Positions 61,251-64,000 of a stretch of 64,000 nt of DNA are shown in pieces. The notes below the pieces were generated by a model. It was not told the origin of the DNA, made no database searches, and worked only from the letters and a program-made list of their open reading frames with translations. Position 1 is the stretch's first letter, and each line of letters opens with the position of its first letter. The DNA is from Podarcis cretensis (lineage: Eukaryota): assembly GCA_951804945.1 (NCBI GenBank), contig OX638154.1, forward strand, positions 63,426,001-63,490,000, written 5' to 3'. The position numbers were made by a program, and so were the translations under genes.

Positions 61251-62499
61251 AACATGCATATTTTCGGAATGATAATCAATGTTCTGAAAATCTCAGATGG
61301 ATTAAGTGCCACATCCTGCTAGCCTTCCTTATACAATAAGTCAATTGAGACTATTGTTATTAGTCATTTGAGACTATTGTTAATCATCATCCATCCCCAA
61401 ACTGTCCCCAGATCAATCTCACAAAGTGGGCTATTTTATGTTTTTATGTGTACTGCTTACTTTCATGACTCTACAAAATATCCCCGTCATTTTCCAGAGT
61501 TATTTGCCATGCAATGAGGTAAAGAGACTCCTGTCTGAGGAAAAACAATTCAAAAGCCCCCTTGGGCTCTTCTATTACTGTTATTATTACTGTTCTAGTC
61601 ACTATTGCTAAACAGATCAAAAGTTCTCATGAGATGTATTCTGAATGACAAGCCAAATTGCTTATATTTTAATTTGTGGATGCTTTAAGCATCTTCAAAA
61701 TGCAAGCCAATTGTGTGTCTCTTAAATATAGAATACTGGCAGTGAAAACCATGCTCTGAGGAAAAACTGAGCCAGTTGTCTTGCGCAATAGAAAAAATTG
61801 TTAATGCCAACTATCAAATCTTTTTCTTCTTGCACAAGGTAGAGGTTGTGTGCTTTTTTAAAAAAAACAACAACACTTAAATAGGAACAGGAATTCACAA
61901 AGGAGCTAATGAAGACAAGAAAGCAGTTCAACACTATCAATTGGATAATATGAGTGGGGGGAACCTTTGCTAAAGAATCAACATTTTGCAAACTCTGGTG
62001 AAAATATGGTTTCTGCAACTTGGACATACAGAGGAAGAAATGTCACAAACCTTCATGAATGAAATAATAATACTTTAAACTATACCTTATGAAGCTTGAG
62101 AGATGCAAATGTAAGTTCAGAAAAACAGCGAAATTAAAGGACAAAAACCTGTCTAATCCTGCTAACAGAAAAAAGCAGCTAATTTAAAGGTTACCTCACA
62201 CAGTTTAATAGTTTCCTTACCTTTCACAAAGATTCAATAGAGGGGCACTTTTACAAAGCAAGCATCACAGCTGGAACTGGGAATTGCCCTGCAGTGAGTT
62301 AAGGACTGAAAATAAATATATGACAATGAACGTGACAGGTCTGAATACTGCATGGTTCTTGGATCTGACAAACCAGCAAAATAGGATTTTATTTTTGAAA
62401 TACATGCAAGAAGACTTGTACACTTACTGACCAAATCTCTTGCTGGACCTGGAGCTATACTTGTACCCAGTTCTGCATTTAAGCATTCAGTGGGGTAAA

Positions 62500-62627
62500 C
62501 AAGGATGGGGCATCTGTGGGCCTTCAGATGTAGCTTGACATCAACTCCCATCACTGTTCACCGTGGTCATGCTGGCTGGTGGGATCTGGACTCCAGCGAC
62601 CTGAGGGCCACAAGTTAGCTACCCCTT
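62500..62627. mobile_element. Degraded short palindromic hAT-like MITE (second copy at about 63402-63525)
   Basis: Both copies share CAACTCCCA.CA...CC...G.CAT.CTGGCT cores with CA(A/G)GGAT-type ends. Confidence 0.45.
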
Positions 62628-62943
62628 GAATAGACAATTATGAGTTCTCACATATGTTGTTAGTTGCTCAAGAAAATAATTCATGCAGTGAGTAGAATTA
62701 AGTTTGGATGGTCAACCATGAAGCTCACTGTGTGACCTTTCACAAGTCACTATATTATCAGCCCAGTCACTATACAATGCAGTTGTGCCCCAAGGAACAA
62801 TGAGGCTGCTAGCAATAAAATTGAGGCCACTATGGCCACATTCAGGTGCAACACGGAGCCATATGCTATGGCTAAGCAAATTATGCTGTGTACAAGCTAT
62901 GTGCTGGTGCTTGCAGCTCAAAGTCTCCCGCATTGCACTTCTT

Positions 62944-63143
62944 TTCCTCCAGTGAGCAAACAAACCACAGAGTGGCTAGTTGTTACTATATACATCTGAC
63001 CCAACACTTGTGGTTTGTTTAGCTCCAAGCAAACCACAATCTAAAGCCAAATCTCAATTGTAACTTGTTTGGGAGAAACAATTCCTGGGCCAGCCACTAA
63101 TGCTAAGCCAGCCACTACGTGGTTTGTTTGCTCACTGGAGGAA
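62944..63143. repeat. Nested inverted repeat (25-bp perfect arms plus an internal 10-bp hairpin)
   Basis: 62944-62968 ttcctccagtgagcaaacaaaccac is the exact reverse complement of 63119-63143. 63008-63017 pairs with 63030-63039. Confidence 0.9.
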
Positions 63144-64000
63144 TGAACAAAATGGAAGCTGTATGCACAGGCTCTTTTTGCTTAATCAGGGGTTATGGCT
63201 TGATGTTACATACACAGTGAAACAGTGCATTCCAAAACTCATGGGTATGTGTGAACAGCATGCTCGCTAGTAACAACTTTACCAACTGCACATTTATTTT
63301 GGCAGGCTGTTTCTTCACATAGCTCAGCTGGATCAATGCACTGACTAACCAACTGACCCATGAACCGGAAAGTCCTTGGGAGTGTGGACTACAGCCTAGA
63401 GCAGGGATAGCCAGTACGGTGCTCTCCAGTTGTTGGGCTGTAACTCCCAACATCCCTGACCACTGACCATACTGGCTAAGACTGGCTAAGGTGAATTCAA
63501 CAATTTCCAGAGAGTACTATGTGGGTTGTACAAATACTAATTGCTTGGCTCAGTGGTATTCCACTTTTAGCAACCATTTCAGCTTTGCAAGCTGGTTAAG
63601 GAAACTCTTCAAGAAAGTGTCAGAAACAATGAACAAATACAATACTTAAAGAGCCTATTTAGAACATATGTGTGATGCCCAGAGCAAGAAAAAATAAATA
63701 AAACACTGTATGCACATTTACCCACCCCCCTTTCCAAATATTTCCCTCCATCAACAGGAAATAAAGCAGTCACATTCTCTTACATTGCACATGCAAAGCA
63801 CTGCTATAGCATAAAGATTTAATGATATTGGAGACCGGTTATGCAGCTCTTACTCATAAAACCACATCCATTGATTCTCAGAAAAGGTCTGTCTTCTGGC
63901 TGGATCTTCAATCGCTAAGGATCATCACTCACCAAAACCCCAGTCTCTCTGTGGGCCTACAAACCCTTTGACTTCACAATGGGGCAGCTGCAACTTTCTG

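Noticed and set aside
1-64000. A previously undescribed multi-gene biological system
   Set aside because: Everything coding is explained by ROR1 and transposon debris. The remaining 60-150-aa ORFs look like chance frames in intronic DNA.

Overview
Eukaryotic (vertebrate) genomic DNA. The repeat content (Sauria SINEs, a BovB 3' end, CORE-SINEs, TA-flanked MITEs) points to a squamate reptile, most likely a lacertid lizard. The window holds the 3' part of one gene on the + strand: ROR1, the Wnt5a-binding receptor tyrosine pseudokinase. Eight coding exons were placed by hand with GT-AG boundaries and consistent phases (numbered 2-9 by analogy with human): 14205-14276, 27689-27976 (Ig), 29140-29170 (31-nt micro-exon), 48317-48444 and 49951-50268 (Frizzled-type CRD), 51350-51595 (kringle), 56600-56811 (TM), 58216-59640 (pseudokinase plus Ser/Thr- and Pro-rich tail, stop). 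That is 2,720 coding nt. Exons 2 and 4 do not appear as ROR1 peptides in the ORF track. Exon 1 lies upstream of the window. An AU-rich 3'UTR follows the stop. The introns carry many transposon relics: Sauria SINEs, Tc1/mariner-type and hAT MITEs, a 5'-truncated L1 with a nested MITE, L2/CR1/BovB fragments, a probable solo LTR, a Tc1 IR/DR end, microsatellites, and a 141-N assembly gap. I see no evidence of a new multi-gene system. The best leads are a YxxxYY-to-YxxxYF change in the activation loop, a candidate TE-derived poison exon, a 43-bp SINE target-site duplication, inverted TE pairs around an in-frame exon block, and 3'UTR regulatory motifs. All repeat family names come from my own motif recognition, not from a database search.
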